A stretch of DNA of 64,000 nucleotides from positions 1,426,001 through 1,490,000 of the forward strand of contig NW_027191405.1 of assembly GCF_041146345.1 (NCBI RefSeq), given 5' to 3'. Origin of the DNA: Neodothiora populina (lineage: Eukaryota). The position numbers and the translations under genes are program-made. This document shows positions 1 through 10,937 of the stretch, in pieces (the first letter of the stretch is position 1; every line of letters begins with the position of its first letter). Below the pieces are notes generated by a model that saw nothing but the letters and a program-made list of their open reading frames with translations, was not told the DNA's origin and ran no database searches.

Positions 1-579
1 CTCGACCTCACGCACGACAACACCGCCAACGCCGAGCCTTCTCTCTTACGCACCTGCCGTCGCATCCGCCAGGAATCCCTGCCGATCTTCTACGCGTGCA
101 ATGACTGGGTGATCAAGACCCGGCGCGTGAACAACGGGATCGATCCCGCCACAAGATTGCCTGTGTTGTATGAGATCATACCCCGGTGGGTCGAGGCGGT
201 CGAGGAGAGGAAGGTGGGCATGATGGGGAGGTTTGTTGCTGTGGGATCTAGAGGCAGCTTTGTGGATACTGAGGGCAGGTGGAGGGAGGGTAGACGGGCG
301 GCATTCAGGGTTGAGGTCGAGGGGATGAGGAGGGAGGGGTTTGTGGTTCGGGAGGTTGATGGATATGCAGGGAGTGAGGAGGACGATGATGCTGCGGTCT
401 TGACGAGGGATAGGGAGAAGAAAGACATGGATGGAGAGATGTTTTGTGAGATTCGATTGATTGATCTATTGCGGGCCAAGATGAGGTGGTTCTCCAAAGG
501 TCGGGATGGGGCTGCAGGCGGAGGACGGAATTGGAAATGGTCCAAGGAGAAAGTACACGAGATTGCTTTCCTGCTTTGA
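1..579 (+). CDS. Hypothetical protein, 5'-truncated by the window edge
   Basis: Frame 1 is open from base 1 to TGA at 579 (LDLTHDNTANAEPSLLRTCRRIRQESLPIFYACNDW...). The P-x-LLRTCRxIRxExLPIFY motif is common in ascomycete hypothetical proteins. Confidence 0.65.
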   Translation, partial: LDLTHDNTANAEPSLLRTCRRIRQESLPIFYACNDWVIKTRRVNNGIDPATRLPVLYEIIPRWVEAVEERKVGMMGRFVAVGSRGSFVDTEGRWREGRRAAFRVEVEGMRREGFVVREVDGYAGSEEDDDAAVLTRDREKKDMDGEMFCEIRLIDLLRAKMRWFSKGRDGAAGGGRNWKWSKEKVHEIAFLL

Positions 580-1394
580 AGCAGTTCATGAATATAATGT
601 TGAAATGACTATGATCTCAACGAGGATTGCTATGTGAGACGGCATAGCTGGTTTGAAGCTGCAGCGCATATGTGTGTCTATATGAATTCCTAGGAGCAGG
701 GCGATTGCTCGACTATATCGACCAAAGCGTTCTGATATTGCCTATTTTGTCGCACGTAGATTGGCATATCAAAGTACAGATCGTCTCCTACTGCTTCGAA
801 TGGATTCTTTGCCCACAACTAGTTTCTACTGCTCAGTCCAATCCTGGAGTGGTGAGTGAAGTTCCATGTGACGATCAGACCAATTGACAAGGAATTGTGA
901 CTTTGATATGCATTATGCCTACTTGAGTCTATATGATTCTACCGCAACCATGGCTGCCTTGGAAGTAAATCAGATAGCACCTCAGCCAAGCTTCACTCTA
1001 CACGTGTGGACGCGATCTCTTGGCAGGTCGCGACGCGGGTCCAGGCATCCCGCGTCCACGTCTTGATTGCATCAGATACATTACAGCAATGCATATCATA
1101 TATCCCACAGTATAATATCAGATCGATTGCGAATGAACTGGTGCGGAAGATCTATCCATTGCCGGCGCGCTTGAAAGAGCCTGCTCTGTCCTAAAAGCTA
1201 AGGCCAAAGACAAACCACACTCAAAAACCACATTTCGCCACAAAATCATAGAGACGCTGTCCATCGTTTACCCAAAACTCGCGTGACCCTCTACCAGGAT
1301 AAATAGTGCAGCAAACACTCGCCGGCGATAACTAAGCAAGAAAAGCATGCAGGACTGCTGAGGATCTACCGGAAGCATTAGCAACAAAAAAGCA

Positions 1395-4340
1395 ATGGGA
1401 GATCAGACAAGTGCTCTCTTCTGGGGCGTCGACTACACAATCATCCCCAGCGACACCATCGACACAGCTACACAGGACGAACTCCACTCCATCTTACAGA
1501 CCAACCAAGCGCAGTTCATCCCGCTTCGGTCGCCGGACGGGCGCGTCGATCAGGTGCGCGCGCATACGCACATCATCGCCGACAGCGTCGATTTCCCAGA
1601 CTACAACGCCGCGCTCGACGCATCGGTGCACGTGGTGAAACCCAGCTGGGTGTTCAGCAGTGTCGAGAAGAAGAGACAGTCGCAGATCAGACAGCATAGT
1701 CCCGACCCGGCCATGTTTTTCAGTCAAGTCACGTTGTCTTGTGCGGAGCTGCCTGAGGGAGACAAAGACGCTGTCATTGCGGGGGTCATCGCCATGGGTG
1801 GACTGTACAGTAATCCCTTGACGAAATTGGTCACGCATATCGTTACGCTGAGCGACGAGAACGACAAGTGCAAGGTTGCCAGGGAGAGGATGCCCGAGTG
1901 CAGGATCGTGTTGCCGCATTGGTTTGATGATTGTTTTAGATTGGGAAAGCTGATCGATGAGACGCCTTATCGATTTCCGGACCCGGAGATACTGCGACTC
2001 AATAATAGCGATCCTGTCAAGATCAGACAGACTCCGGATATCGAAGGAGCTACATCTGCCGTGGCGGGTGAAATACCTGTCTATCAGCCTCCGGAGTCAC
2101 CTTCGCCGTCGCGCAAACAGCTGAGTGTTCTTCAAGGAAAGAGAGTCTTCTTCTCGCACGACCTCAAGGTCAACGATCACTTGGCAAAGACCTTGCGTTC
2201 AATAGTGGGTCAGGCAGGGGGGGAAATGGCTACTTCGGTAGACGAATGCGATGTATACATAGGCCATTACCGAGACGGACCAGACTATATTGCTGCCTCG
2301 CAGGCAGATCGAGAGGTCGCGAACCTGGCTTGGTTCTACAATGTCATCAACCGCAATCGATGGACCAATCCCCTCAGTAAACTTCTACACTATCCCATCC
2401 CACGAAACGGCATCCCAGGCTTCAAAGACATGCGCATAAGTCTGTCGAATTACACCGGTGAAGCGCGCATCTACCTCGAGAATTTAGTCAAAGAAGCAGG
2501 TGCAGAATTCACAAAGACTATGAAGCAGGACAATACCCATCTCATTACCGCGCATAAGCAATCCGAGAAATGCGATGCCGCGCTGGAATGGAATATTCAC
2601 ATCATAAATCACCTCTGGCTGGAAGAAAGTTATGCCAAGTGCGCTGTGCAGAGCATGACTGCTCAACGCTATACTCACTTTCCACCGCGGACGAATCTTA
2701 CCGAGATCGTAGGCCAGACGCCCATACATTTGGACACGGCGAGAAGACTTTACTGTCCGCAGAAGCAGAGAGCAGCTGTGCCCCCTCAACAGCGTAGTCC
2801 GTCGCGCAAGACTGTGCCGTCGACAAAGCCAGCAGCACCATCTCATGAGGCGAATGCCGAGGAAGGCGAGGATGACGGGGATGATGATCAGGACGATAAC
2901 GACCAGCACGAAGAAGACACGACACCTGCGCCTGTGACGAAACCTAATAAAACAAAAGGACGCAAAGCTTCCGTGTCAACCACAATCCCAGCACCAGCGG
3001 AGGCAACGACACCAATGCCCGCACGAACGAAGAAAGACGACGGAAAAGAAAACGAAACTCCTTCCACAAGTGGCCGCGCATCGAAAACAAAAGCCCTAGA
3101 CCAGATGCACAGACTGAAAGACGACATTGCGCTTTTCGAAAAGGAGATGAAACGAAAAGGAGGCGTCGTCCACGGTGGACGACGAAGTGTGACCGCTGAC
3201 GGGGGCGCTTCGCCCGTCGCGGCCGGCCCGAAGAAAGGTGGTACTACGACAACTGCAACAGGCAAAGGCAGGAAACGAGCCAGCGCGGAAGCCAATGGCC
3301 ATGTCGACGAAGACGGGGATTCAGATGCAGGAAATGGCAAGGCTGACGAAGACCAAGTGACTTCGACGGCGAGACCAGTCGGACGACCGAGTAAGAAGGC
3401 AAAGAAGAACGAGAGAGACGGCAGTGTTGTCGCAGAGCATGCGCCGTCCCTGCCGCGCATAAAGTACAAGATGCTAGTGACGGGCGAGTCGAGGTGGCAG
3501 TCGAAGCCGAAGAGCGAGGGCGCCGACGCAGTGAGTTCTATCCTTTCTCTCTACCTGTCGTGTCGACAAGACTTTTCTTCACAAAACTAACATATCCCCC
3601 AGAAAAAGCTCCGCCACCTCGGCGTCCTCCTAACCCAAGACCCATTGGACTGCAACATCCTGTGCGCACCCTCAATAAAACGCACCCAAAAGTTCGTCTG
3701 CGCACTAGCCGGGGCGCCAACAGTAGTCTCGACGTCTTACCTGGACTACCTCCTCAAAACCTCGTCCGAGGGCGGCGCCATCATGCGCGACCCGATCGAA
3801 GACTGGCTCGTAGACCGCGACTTCGAGGCCAAATACGCTCTGTCGCTCGACGACGCGCTGGAGCGCGCGAAAACAAATAAACGCCAGCTGCTCAGGGGGT
3901 GGAATATTTTCTTTACTGAAAAAGTCGGCGGTGGGTTCGAGACGTGGAAGAATATCGTGGGCGCGAATGGTGGGACGGCGACGCTTTATCGCGGCAGACC
4001 TGGAGGGCTTGGAGCAGGAGGGAAGTTCCAGCGACGATCGAGGGAACAGGTCGCGCAGACGCCGAATCAGGGCGTTGATGCCGGGCAGAGGGAGAGGGAT
4101 CGGTGGACTGTGTATCTTGTTTCGGGGAGTGATGACGAGGAAGTCAAGCTCTGGAAAGGGTTTAGAAGCCAGGTCGAGAAACTCGCTGTCGATGACGACG
4201 ATGATGGTGAAGACGAACGGACTAGTGGACACAAACCCAAGAAGATGCAGGCGCGTATCGTGTCGACCGAGTGGGTGTTGCACTGCGCGCTGGCGCAGCG
4301 GATAGAGTGGAAAGACGAGTGGGAGACGAAAGAAGGATGA
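1395..4340 (+). CDS. RTT107: Multi-BRCT DNA-damage scaffold protein (Rtt107/Brc1-like); exons 1395-3530 and 3603-4340
   Basis: Four N-terminal BRCT-like repeats (THII..W, THIV..PHW, THLI..NHLWLEES), a charged linker and a C-terminal BRCT pair (RTQKFVCALA, VSTEWVLHC). Intron GTGAGT(3531)..CTAAC..CAG(3602) joins the two ORFs in frame. Confidence 0.85.
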
Positions 4341-4457
4341 TGATGAGTAGTCGACCATAACCCGACCCAACAAGAAAAAACATCACAGAGTCGCCGGTGC
4401 CAAGGGGTATATACACACAAAAAAAGCCACAAGAAAGTGCCGCCTGCGAGAACAAGC

Positions 4458-5179
4458 TCAAAAAAACTTGACACCCACCCCGCCCTCTCCGTCCCCAGTA
4501 TCGAAAACCTGCGCCCTGCCCTTCTTAACCAACGTATCAAGGCAGCGTCTAAACATGCCCTCATCCATACCCCTCCACTTCTCCTTCTCGGTGGCATCAC
4601 TATTCAGCAACTCATAAACAGTCAGCACACTCCCCCGCTGACCCGTCTCGTCGACGACCCAAGAGTAAACCTCCTGGCCCCAGCCTTCCGCGCTGCGAAA
4701 CCAGATATACGCCGTCGATTTCCGAGCTTCGGTCAATTTCGCTTTCGAGGATGACGAGGCTGACGACGAGGAAGAGGTCGACGTCGGGGCGATGATCCAT
4801 TCCGCGCGCCGGTCTTCGGACGAGCACATGTGGTCGAGCACTTTGCGCGCGCCGAGAATGTCCATGCTGCGGTTTATGCGCGCGTTCGTGAACAGCGCTG
4901 TGCTGGGGTTTGGCGCTTCTCCTTGTCTTCCTGCTGCTCCGACGACGACCACTCCTCCGCCGTTTGAGACGGTGCTTGACGACGCGGGAATGGTCAGAAG
5001 ACCGGGCGACAGCGTCAGTGTGAATGTCTGCGTCGCGGCGCAGTAGGAGGTTATTAGCTCGCTCCACAGACTGAGTTGGCGGGAGAGCGTCGTCAGGTTG
5101 GGTTGGAGGGTGAAGAAGGGCGGGAAGGAGTGGTGCGCTGGGAAGGTGAATGCTGCGTTGTTGCTGTTGCTGTTGCTGC

Positions 5180-5211
<32 letters not shown>

Positions 5212-5384
5212 GGTACGTCGTGTTTTGGTGGGTCTGCTGCCGCTGCTGTCGTCGGTGATATTGTGATTGTTGAAGAAGACGAGGCGAGAGGTGTGCAGGT
5301 GGCCGGTCGAGTCAGGACCGAGGACGCGGTTGTCGTTGGTGTTAATATGCTCGGGGACGGCGAGGGAGATGCTGAGGCGTCCAT
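4458..5384 (-). CDS. VPS25: ESCRT-II subunit Vps25 with low-complexity extensions
   Basis: FTFPAHHSFPPFFTLQPN..RQLSLWS, WFRSAEGWGQEVYSWV..GSVLTVYELL and C-terminal GVKFF are Vps25 hallmarks. First ATG is at 5384. Confidence 0.92.
5159..5210. repeat. (TTG/CTG)n trinucleotide microsatellite encoding poly-Asn/Ser in Vps25
   Basis: ttgttgctgttgctgttgctgctgttgttgttg... seen directly. Confidence 0.9.
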
Positions 5385-5928
5385 ATCTGCTGAAGTTGCG
5401 AAGCTCTCTTTTCGTGTCGATTGAAGCACAGCAAATCGTTGGATTGTACGTTCTTGACAAGTGCAGGCTGGGGTGTCACTTGGACTTTTGTGTTTTGTCT
5501 ATTATAGTGATTGTCGGAGCTTGTGAAGATGGCGAGACTCCACTTCGGAGGTGGGATCGCGGAGAGCGGAGGTTGCGGTCGTGTATCAATCACTGAGAAA
5601 ATATATATGACTCGTATGCACAGTCAGAACTACCACCGAATACACAATTGTCATGGAAGATTGAAATTGAAAAACAACTAGATGGTCAAGAGTGGTTGAC
5701 CTTTCATTAATTATACATACGCTTCTCCACCAGTTCATGTAACCCAAAGCATATACTTGTAGTCTGTTGAAAATATGTCATGTCTTCTTGGAATTCCTGT
5801 GAAGCCTGCCAATGCTAGAACTTCGATCCCTGCCGGCTCATCTTTCCCGCACTTGCGTCCCCCTTCGACGATGTGTTCCTATGATGTAAATGCGAAAAAA
5901 AAAGGAAACAAAACAAGAGCAAGAACGT

Positions 5929-8759
5929 CTAATACTCAAAGTCGTCATCCACAGACGGCCCCTTGTTCTTCGTCACGCTCTCCTGCCTCTTGTACATGTC
6001 CGCAACCTGTCGTGCAGTGGTGGCGTCGTCCGGCTTCTTGTCCTCACGGTCGCGAATATACCTGGGAAATCTGAGACTGACACCTCGGTGACTGGCATCA
6101 CCCAGCACATCCTTGGCGGCCACGTATCGAGGACTCAGCGTCAGATCTGCCGTCTTGACTTCCCACACCAACCTGGGCTCGAACCAGACATCAGGTTGGT
6201 CTTTGTTTCCAGAAGAGTGCGAGTAAAAAGGTTTGGGACGGTCTATAACAAGATCCTTGAGTTTGTCGTAAAGTGCCTGGAGCACTTCTTCACTGAAGCC
6301 CGTGCCGATATTGCAGACAGTTTCATATGTCTGTGACGACGAGTTGTAACACGCAAGCAAGAAAGCGCCATAGACACTCGTGCGTTTACCGCGGCCGTAG
6401 TATGCTCCCAGTACCACTAGGTCAAGAGAGTCACCGGCGCCGGCGAGGTAGTCCTTCTTGACCTTGAGCCAATTCTGTGATCGACGGGACGGCTCGTAGT
6501 GTGACTCGACACCATCGAGCATCTTGACCATCAGGCCTTCGCACGATGCCTTGACGGAATCTTCGAGCAATACTTGGATTTCTTCAAGCTGATCCGTGTT
6601 GCCGTATTTGGCAAAGGCAAACTCTCCTTCGACTTCGGTAAAGGCAGAATAGAGAGCCTCTCTTCGTTCCCGGAATGACTTGTTGACCAATGCTTCGCCG
6701 TTGAGATACAAAATGTCAAAGGCATAGACACAGACCTTGACCTTGACGTCTTCAACCTTGACATCCTTTCGCTTACGCGTCATGAGCTGTTGGAAGGGCA
6801 GGACCTTCTTCTCGACCACGTCCCACGCCACCGTCTCGCAATCAAGCACAAAGGACTGCGTGCCCTCCTTGATCCAGTCTGGAAGTTTAGCTAGGATATC
6901 AGGATACTTCTTCGAAAGATCTTCCGAGTTGCGAGAGAAGATGTTTGAGATGCCTTTGCTCGTCTTGCCTGCCAGAGGGGCAGGAGTTGCCATAGCCTCG
7001 GCCGCACCATGAGCGACAAAGTGGATCTGAGCGCGCTCACCATCGTATTTGTACTCGCAAGTAAAGTCTTTGCCCTCGAAGCGATCGAGAACTTCGGTGA
7101 TGGACTTTGTCGGTTTGGCCAACATGGGCTTGAGCGGCACTCCTGGTTGCAGGTTGCAGACCTGGCGAAGATTGAAGACGCCGACATCGAGCAGTGCCGG
7201 GATAATAACCTCGTAGCTGGGGAGCTCGTTGTAGACTGCCTTGAGTATCCCCTCGCCCTTTGCTAATTGATCTGTCGACGGCACTTTACCCTTTCTAGCA
7301 ATATCATGGGAAGTCATGGCTTGCGCGAGAGCGACCAACACTGTCTTGTCCGCCAGTCCCAATCGCATCTTGCCTTCCAGAGTACGAACAATAAATTTGG
7401 CTTCACTAGAGCCACCTTTGTTGAGTGTGATGTCGACGCCCTGACCTTTGGGTAGGTTGGCATCGGCAGCAGAGAGCAGCTTGTGAATACCAGAAACCTT
7501 GCGGCCCTGACCACCCTGACCTTCAATCTTGGCAATAGCAAGAAGCTGCTCATGCACACCACGGACGGTGAGCGGCTTGGGCTTGAACATTGTCGGCTGG
7601 CTTCCCTTGCTCTTTGCCGCCACGAGACCCAGATCGCCGATTTTCTGTTGATCTTCTTTGATGATTTTGAGAGAGCGACCGGTGGAGTCGCCAATGGCTT
7701 TCATGATCAGACTCTCGCCTATACCGAGTTCTATGCCCGCATAGTCGGCGGCAAGTTTTCCCAACATGAGAAGCACAGTAGGTAGCAGATCATCGGGTGT
7801 AAGCCTTGCCACTTGACGCAGGAACAGGGAACAGTGAGCAGAGATTTCCAGTCGCTTTGGCGTCATTTCGATCTTGGAGAAGGTGGTGCATAAAGCTGCA
7901 TAGGGGACAGGATCGCCGGCTTTCCAGTCTGGGTATGGGTCTCTGGTGCCTTCGGCCGTCAGGGTGGACTGCAGCTTCTCTCGCGCCTTTTTTGCCTTTT
8001 CCGGCTCTTCCTCTTCGTCAGTCTCTTCACCCTCGGCTTCTGACTGCGGGTCGCTTTCAGATGCATTTCCCATGGCAACATCGTCGTCTTTGTCGATGAC
8101 GGCAGGCGCTGGAGGTTTGGGCTCGGCCTTGGCTTTTGTCGTGGATTTTGACGGGGTCGGGGTATGCGGCGGCAAATCTGGCTCGTCCTTTATAGCAGCG
8201 GTGGGTGTTTCGTGATCTTCGTCATTGTCCTCGGTCTCGACCACCCTTACTCCCTTCTTCGGATGTGGCGTTGCTGGCTTCTTGCGTTGTCTTTTGGTGG
8301 GTGGTTCGTCGTCAGAGGCGTCCTGGCTCATATCCTGGTCGTTGTCATCTGCGGCTCGCTTCTTGGGACTTTTGCCGTCTACGAAGTTGACTTTCTTCGT
8401 TGCAGCAGGACCAGTGTCTTCATCTGTGCTGTCTTCTGCCTTGATCGCGTCTTTTCTTGTTTCAGCATCTTCATTCTTCGCGGCAAGGTCGTGATCTTCG
8501 TCTTCTGTAGGTTGTTGTTGTTGAACAGCATCGACCGCGCCGACCTGATTTGTCTCACGCTTTGGTTTCTTTGCCGTGGTCCCAAACGACAGCTTCGCCT
8601 GTTGAGGGGCAGGCTTAGACCCATCAGGTTTGCCGAAGAACTTTCTGATGGTGCATGATCAGCGAGGGTATGGAAGTGTGGACGGGGGAGCAGGGCGCAC
8701 CCTATCGTGGTCTGGGAAGGCCTGACATACCCAAGAGTGGACTGCTGTTTGGGCGGCAT
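5929..8759 (-). CDS. CDC9: ATP-dependent DNA ligase I; short exon 1 from 8759, intron ending 8645, exon 2 8644-5929; possible longer isoform from ATG 8900
   Basis: Active-site motif EYKYDGERAQ, plus EGLMVK, WLKVKKDY and SLRFPRY. Splicing gives an N-terminal PIP box (Q..LGKFF) in frame with ORF 5929..8331. Confidence 0.97.
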
Positions 8760-9020
8760 GACTGACAGCCAGGACAAGCGACGAGAGAATGTCAAGTGAT
8801 GGTGATGAGGATGATGCGCGATATGCTGCAGTGAGGGGTGTCGCTGCTCTGTTGATGGTAAAGAACGTCGTGCGATCAGGCGGAATCCATGAATCCTCAT
8901 AGAATTGGGAGCAGCGAGTCGATTATACCAAGTTTATACTGAGTGCGATGATTGGATTCACTTTGGCGCAGTTGCCTCTTTGATGGAAGACGTGCTCTTT
9001 CCCGATTCGTATGGATAATA

Positions 9021-9046
9021 TGCGCGTTTCGACGCGTCAGACGCGC
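9021..9046. promoter_or_regulatory. Cluster of MCB-like elements in the divergent CDC9/MIX23 promoter
   Basis: tGCGCGTttcgACGCGTcagACGCGc contains three CGCG cores with a perfect ACGCGT at 9032-9037. MCB boxes are established G1/S elements of fungal replication genes, including CDC9. Confidence 0.65.
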
Positions 9047-9386
9047 TGGAAGGAAGGTACCTACTTAAGCCAAGCTGAGGTAGACAGGAGTCGATGACGT
9101 CGAGCCAGAGATGGAAAGCAGAAGCGAGATTCCCCGAGTCCCCGAGGATTGTCTCGTCTCGTCATGCTTAATGGCAGACATCGGCTTTAAACCAACTTGG
9201 TTAAACAACTTCTGGAATCATAGTAAAAACACCCACGATACCGCCACTTCTCACAACACCAGCAGCATACGATAATCTACATACCTCAATCTGGCAGCCT
9301 ACTTCTGGAAAACTGCCAGTCCTTCCTCGTCGCCGTCCTCCTCCCTGTCTGCTGCACCATTACCACAACCGCAACCACACCCGACA

Positions 9387-10075
9387 ATGTCATTACCGGA
9401 ACCCACGCCGCAGCCCGGCCTGACACCACAATTCTGCTTCAATCAGACCGCACTACGAGGTAAACCTCGCCTCTTCCGTCCCCGCACTCATCCCTCTCTC
9501 ACCCTCTCCCATCCAGACCTCATCTAACCACGACCACCCCAGACTTCCTGCGCCTCTCCCGCAGCGCAGTGGACGACACCATCTCGCAAAACCTCAACGC
9601 CCTCCTAACCCCCGGCACATCCTCATCCTTCGACCCAACCTCGACATCCACGCGCACGACCCCACCGCACCCAACATTCGCCACGCGGCGCACGATCCCG
9701 CGCCCCGCCTGCGACGACTTCCAATCCCGCATCCTTTTTCCGTCCTGGCAAGCCCGCAGCGACGTGCTGAACTACTGCGCCGGGGTAGCCACGTCGCCTG
9801 ACCCCGGCGACCCGGATCTGCTGCTGCGAGAAGTGGAGGATGCCAAGGCGAGAGAGAGGGTTGTCGACGAGAGGCTGGATCCCTACAGCGCGAGGTATTT
9901 CCCGCGGGCGCCGCGCACCGAGGCTCTGGCGGCGTTGATACGGAATGAGAGGATGGTGGAGACGATTGTCAGGGGCAGGACGTGGGGATTGGTCACTGAG
10001 CGGTGTGAGAGCGGGGGGTCGGATCCGGAGAAGGCGCTCGATGAGTGGCGGCGGCTACGGAGTGGTGGTTCGTAG
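9387..10075 (+). CDS. MIX23: Mix23/Cid2-family mitochondrial intermembrane-space protein; exons 9387-9459 and 9543-10075
   Basis: LTPQFCFNQTALR|DFLRLSRSAVDDTISQNLN, LFPSWQARSDVLNYC, ERLDPYSAR and RTWGLVTERC. Intron GTAAAC..CTAAC..CAG preserves frame. Confidence 0.88.
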
Positions 10076-10395
10076 ATGGGGAGGTTTGGTCTAAAGGGAT
10101 GGGATTCACTCCACTTTGCTTTCGAGCATGGCGCAGAGGCGTATTTGTAGCATTGTAGAAACAAAAGCTCCCTTCGCTCTCTTTCACATGTCGCATATTG
10201 TACATACAGCATTATATCTAATCAGACATGGCTGCACCAGCAGCAGGAAACCCCACGCAGTGGCCGCCGGAGGCATACATGTGGGCTGTTGTGGTTGCAT
10301 ATGCATCTCAGATGCAGCAAGAGAAGAAGCAAGTGCAAGCACGTATATTCGTAATTTGAATACGACAGACAAGCTAATTAGTGAGGAAAAGAGCC

Positions 10396-10937
10396 AAAAA
10401 GAAAAATGCCCCCTGAATCCCATGCGATCGTCGCCGACCACACCAGCAGCTTATCAGAGCGCCGTATGACTCCCAGTACTTCCTATGGGCGACACCTCCA
10501 AACGCCGGGTCCAGTGCAAGGTCTGCTCGGACAGACGGGACCGCTGATTGCCGACTTTGGTGCTCAGATGCGCAAGTTCCCGTGATGATGGGGGTCCACG
10601 TATGAGAAGGTGGCTCATAACCGGCACCGGCCACAATGTTTTCGTCGATGCCCGACGTCATCCCCCCGTATTAAGCAGAGGCTTTGGTCACAGACGCTGC
10701 ATGTGTGGCCCCGTCGACACAGAGGTTTGAAAACCGCCCGTCTCCGCAACTACTATGCCAAGAAGCAGGGTTACCTGTAACCCTTTCGTAGACCCTTTTG
10801 GGGCGAAACTGAGAATCGAACCGGGGACCCAGCTGCGGTTTCGAACCGAATCACCGGTAGTCCACCGCGCAGCCCTTCACCATGCAGTAGAGGTACAGTA
10901 GCTAGCTGCTCATTCTACCACAAGACCACTGAGCCCC
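10396..10937 (-). ncRNA. Putative Pol III-type structured ncRNA (or tRNA-derived SINE-like element) with a tRNA-like 5' domain
   Basis: Minus strand: TATATAAA (10978-10971), then GGGGCTCAG-TGGTCTTGTGG (A-box-like), B-box-like GGTTCGAAACC (10847-10837) and GGTTCGATTC (10822-10813), GCCCC closing the head at 10800, many hairpins, and TTTTTCTTTTT (10406-10396). Confidence 0.55.

Noticed and set aside
4612..5460. 282-aa poly-Q ORF
   Set aside because: Alternative frame of VPS25 read through the same microsatellite.
10636..10664. Hammerhead-like GATGA-stem-GAAA on the minus strand
   Set aside because: The core reads GGAUGA rather than CUGAUGA, the register with stem II is wrong, and no stems I/III or cleavage triplet were found.
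10407..10800. RNase P, RNase MRP or telomerase RNA identity for the ncRNA body
   Set aside because: No CR-I/CR-V (P4) pair was recognised. GGGAAC and GGCAAUC are spaced wrongly for RNase P, and TAACCCTG is not a full TTAGGG template.
10800..10937. Functional tRNA-Ala(AGC) with an intron
   Set aside because: Acceptor, D and T stems are mismatched, A14 is missing, and the insert is not at the 37/38 intron position.
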